Shown: one piece after another, positions 63,927 through 64,000 of the stretch
Layout of the letters: each line of letters begins with the position of its first letter
How positions within the stretch are numbered: the stretch's first letter is position 1
Virus record (IMG/VR): IMGVR_UViG_3300044613_001835
Coordinates: 7,728-71,727 of that record
Reading direction: 5' to 3' (one strand)
DNA length: 64,000 nucleotides
From: a virus
Position numbers and translations under genes: made by a program
Notes under the pieces: generated by a model
Told to the model about the DNA's origin: nothing
Databases searched by the model: none
Seen by the model: only the letters and a program-made list of their open reading frames with translations

Positions 63927-64000
63927 TTAGGCCTTTAACCCCATACGCATGTAGCGCAAGGTTATCGGTGTAATTCCCCCTACTGGAACAACAGTTAGTG
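63927..64000 (-). CDS. 3' end of an upstream gene (truncated by window)
   Basis: Frame ...LTVVPVGGITPITLRYMRMGLKA ends at TAA 63927, just before the SD of the next gene. Confidence 0.6.
   Translation of the reverse strand, partial: LTVVPVGGITPITLRYMRMGLKA

Noticed and set aside
95-63930. Numerous plus-strand ORFs in the track (e.g. 5619-6239, 42578-43186, 50835-51314, 60268-60645)
   Set aside because: They are antisense shadows of Ala/Thr/Glu-rich minus-strand genes, with no SD, motifs or promoters.
1-64000. Stop-codon reassignment or prophage integration signals
   Set aside because: Genes are full length in the standard code with TAA, TAG and TGA all used as stops; no integrase, att site or host flank is seen.

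Overview
A 64 kb segment of a large, AT-rich, long-tailed dsDNA phage (siphovirus-type), with every credible gene on the minus strand. In transcription order (high to low coordinates) it holds: repeat-built fibre proteins, class II ribonucleotide reductase, LamG-like tail protein, portal, protease/scaffold, HK97-fold capsid, neck and tail genes, a 2512-aa tape measure protein and tail-tip genes. Next come a replication/recombination block (DnaB, DnaG, SSB, DnaE, RecA, two resolvase-like nucleases, solo Cas4-like nuclease) and the terminase. Last are secreted or membrane-anchored surface proteins, a lysis cassette, an Ntn protease, three tRNAs, Hsp20, a thermonuclease and a thioredoxin. Gene content and many leaderless-type promoters suggest a freshwater Actinobacteria host (inference). 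Most notable: a ROSE-type RNA thermometer before hsp20; a small 5'-terminal pseudoknot RNA; a duplicated tail chaperone apparently replacing the G/GT frameshift; a cargo-like insert in the tape measure protein; a host-surface display module; and accessory enzymes and a cation/H+ antiporter inserted at stop/start junctions. All protein calls come from motif recognition by eye, not database searches.
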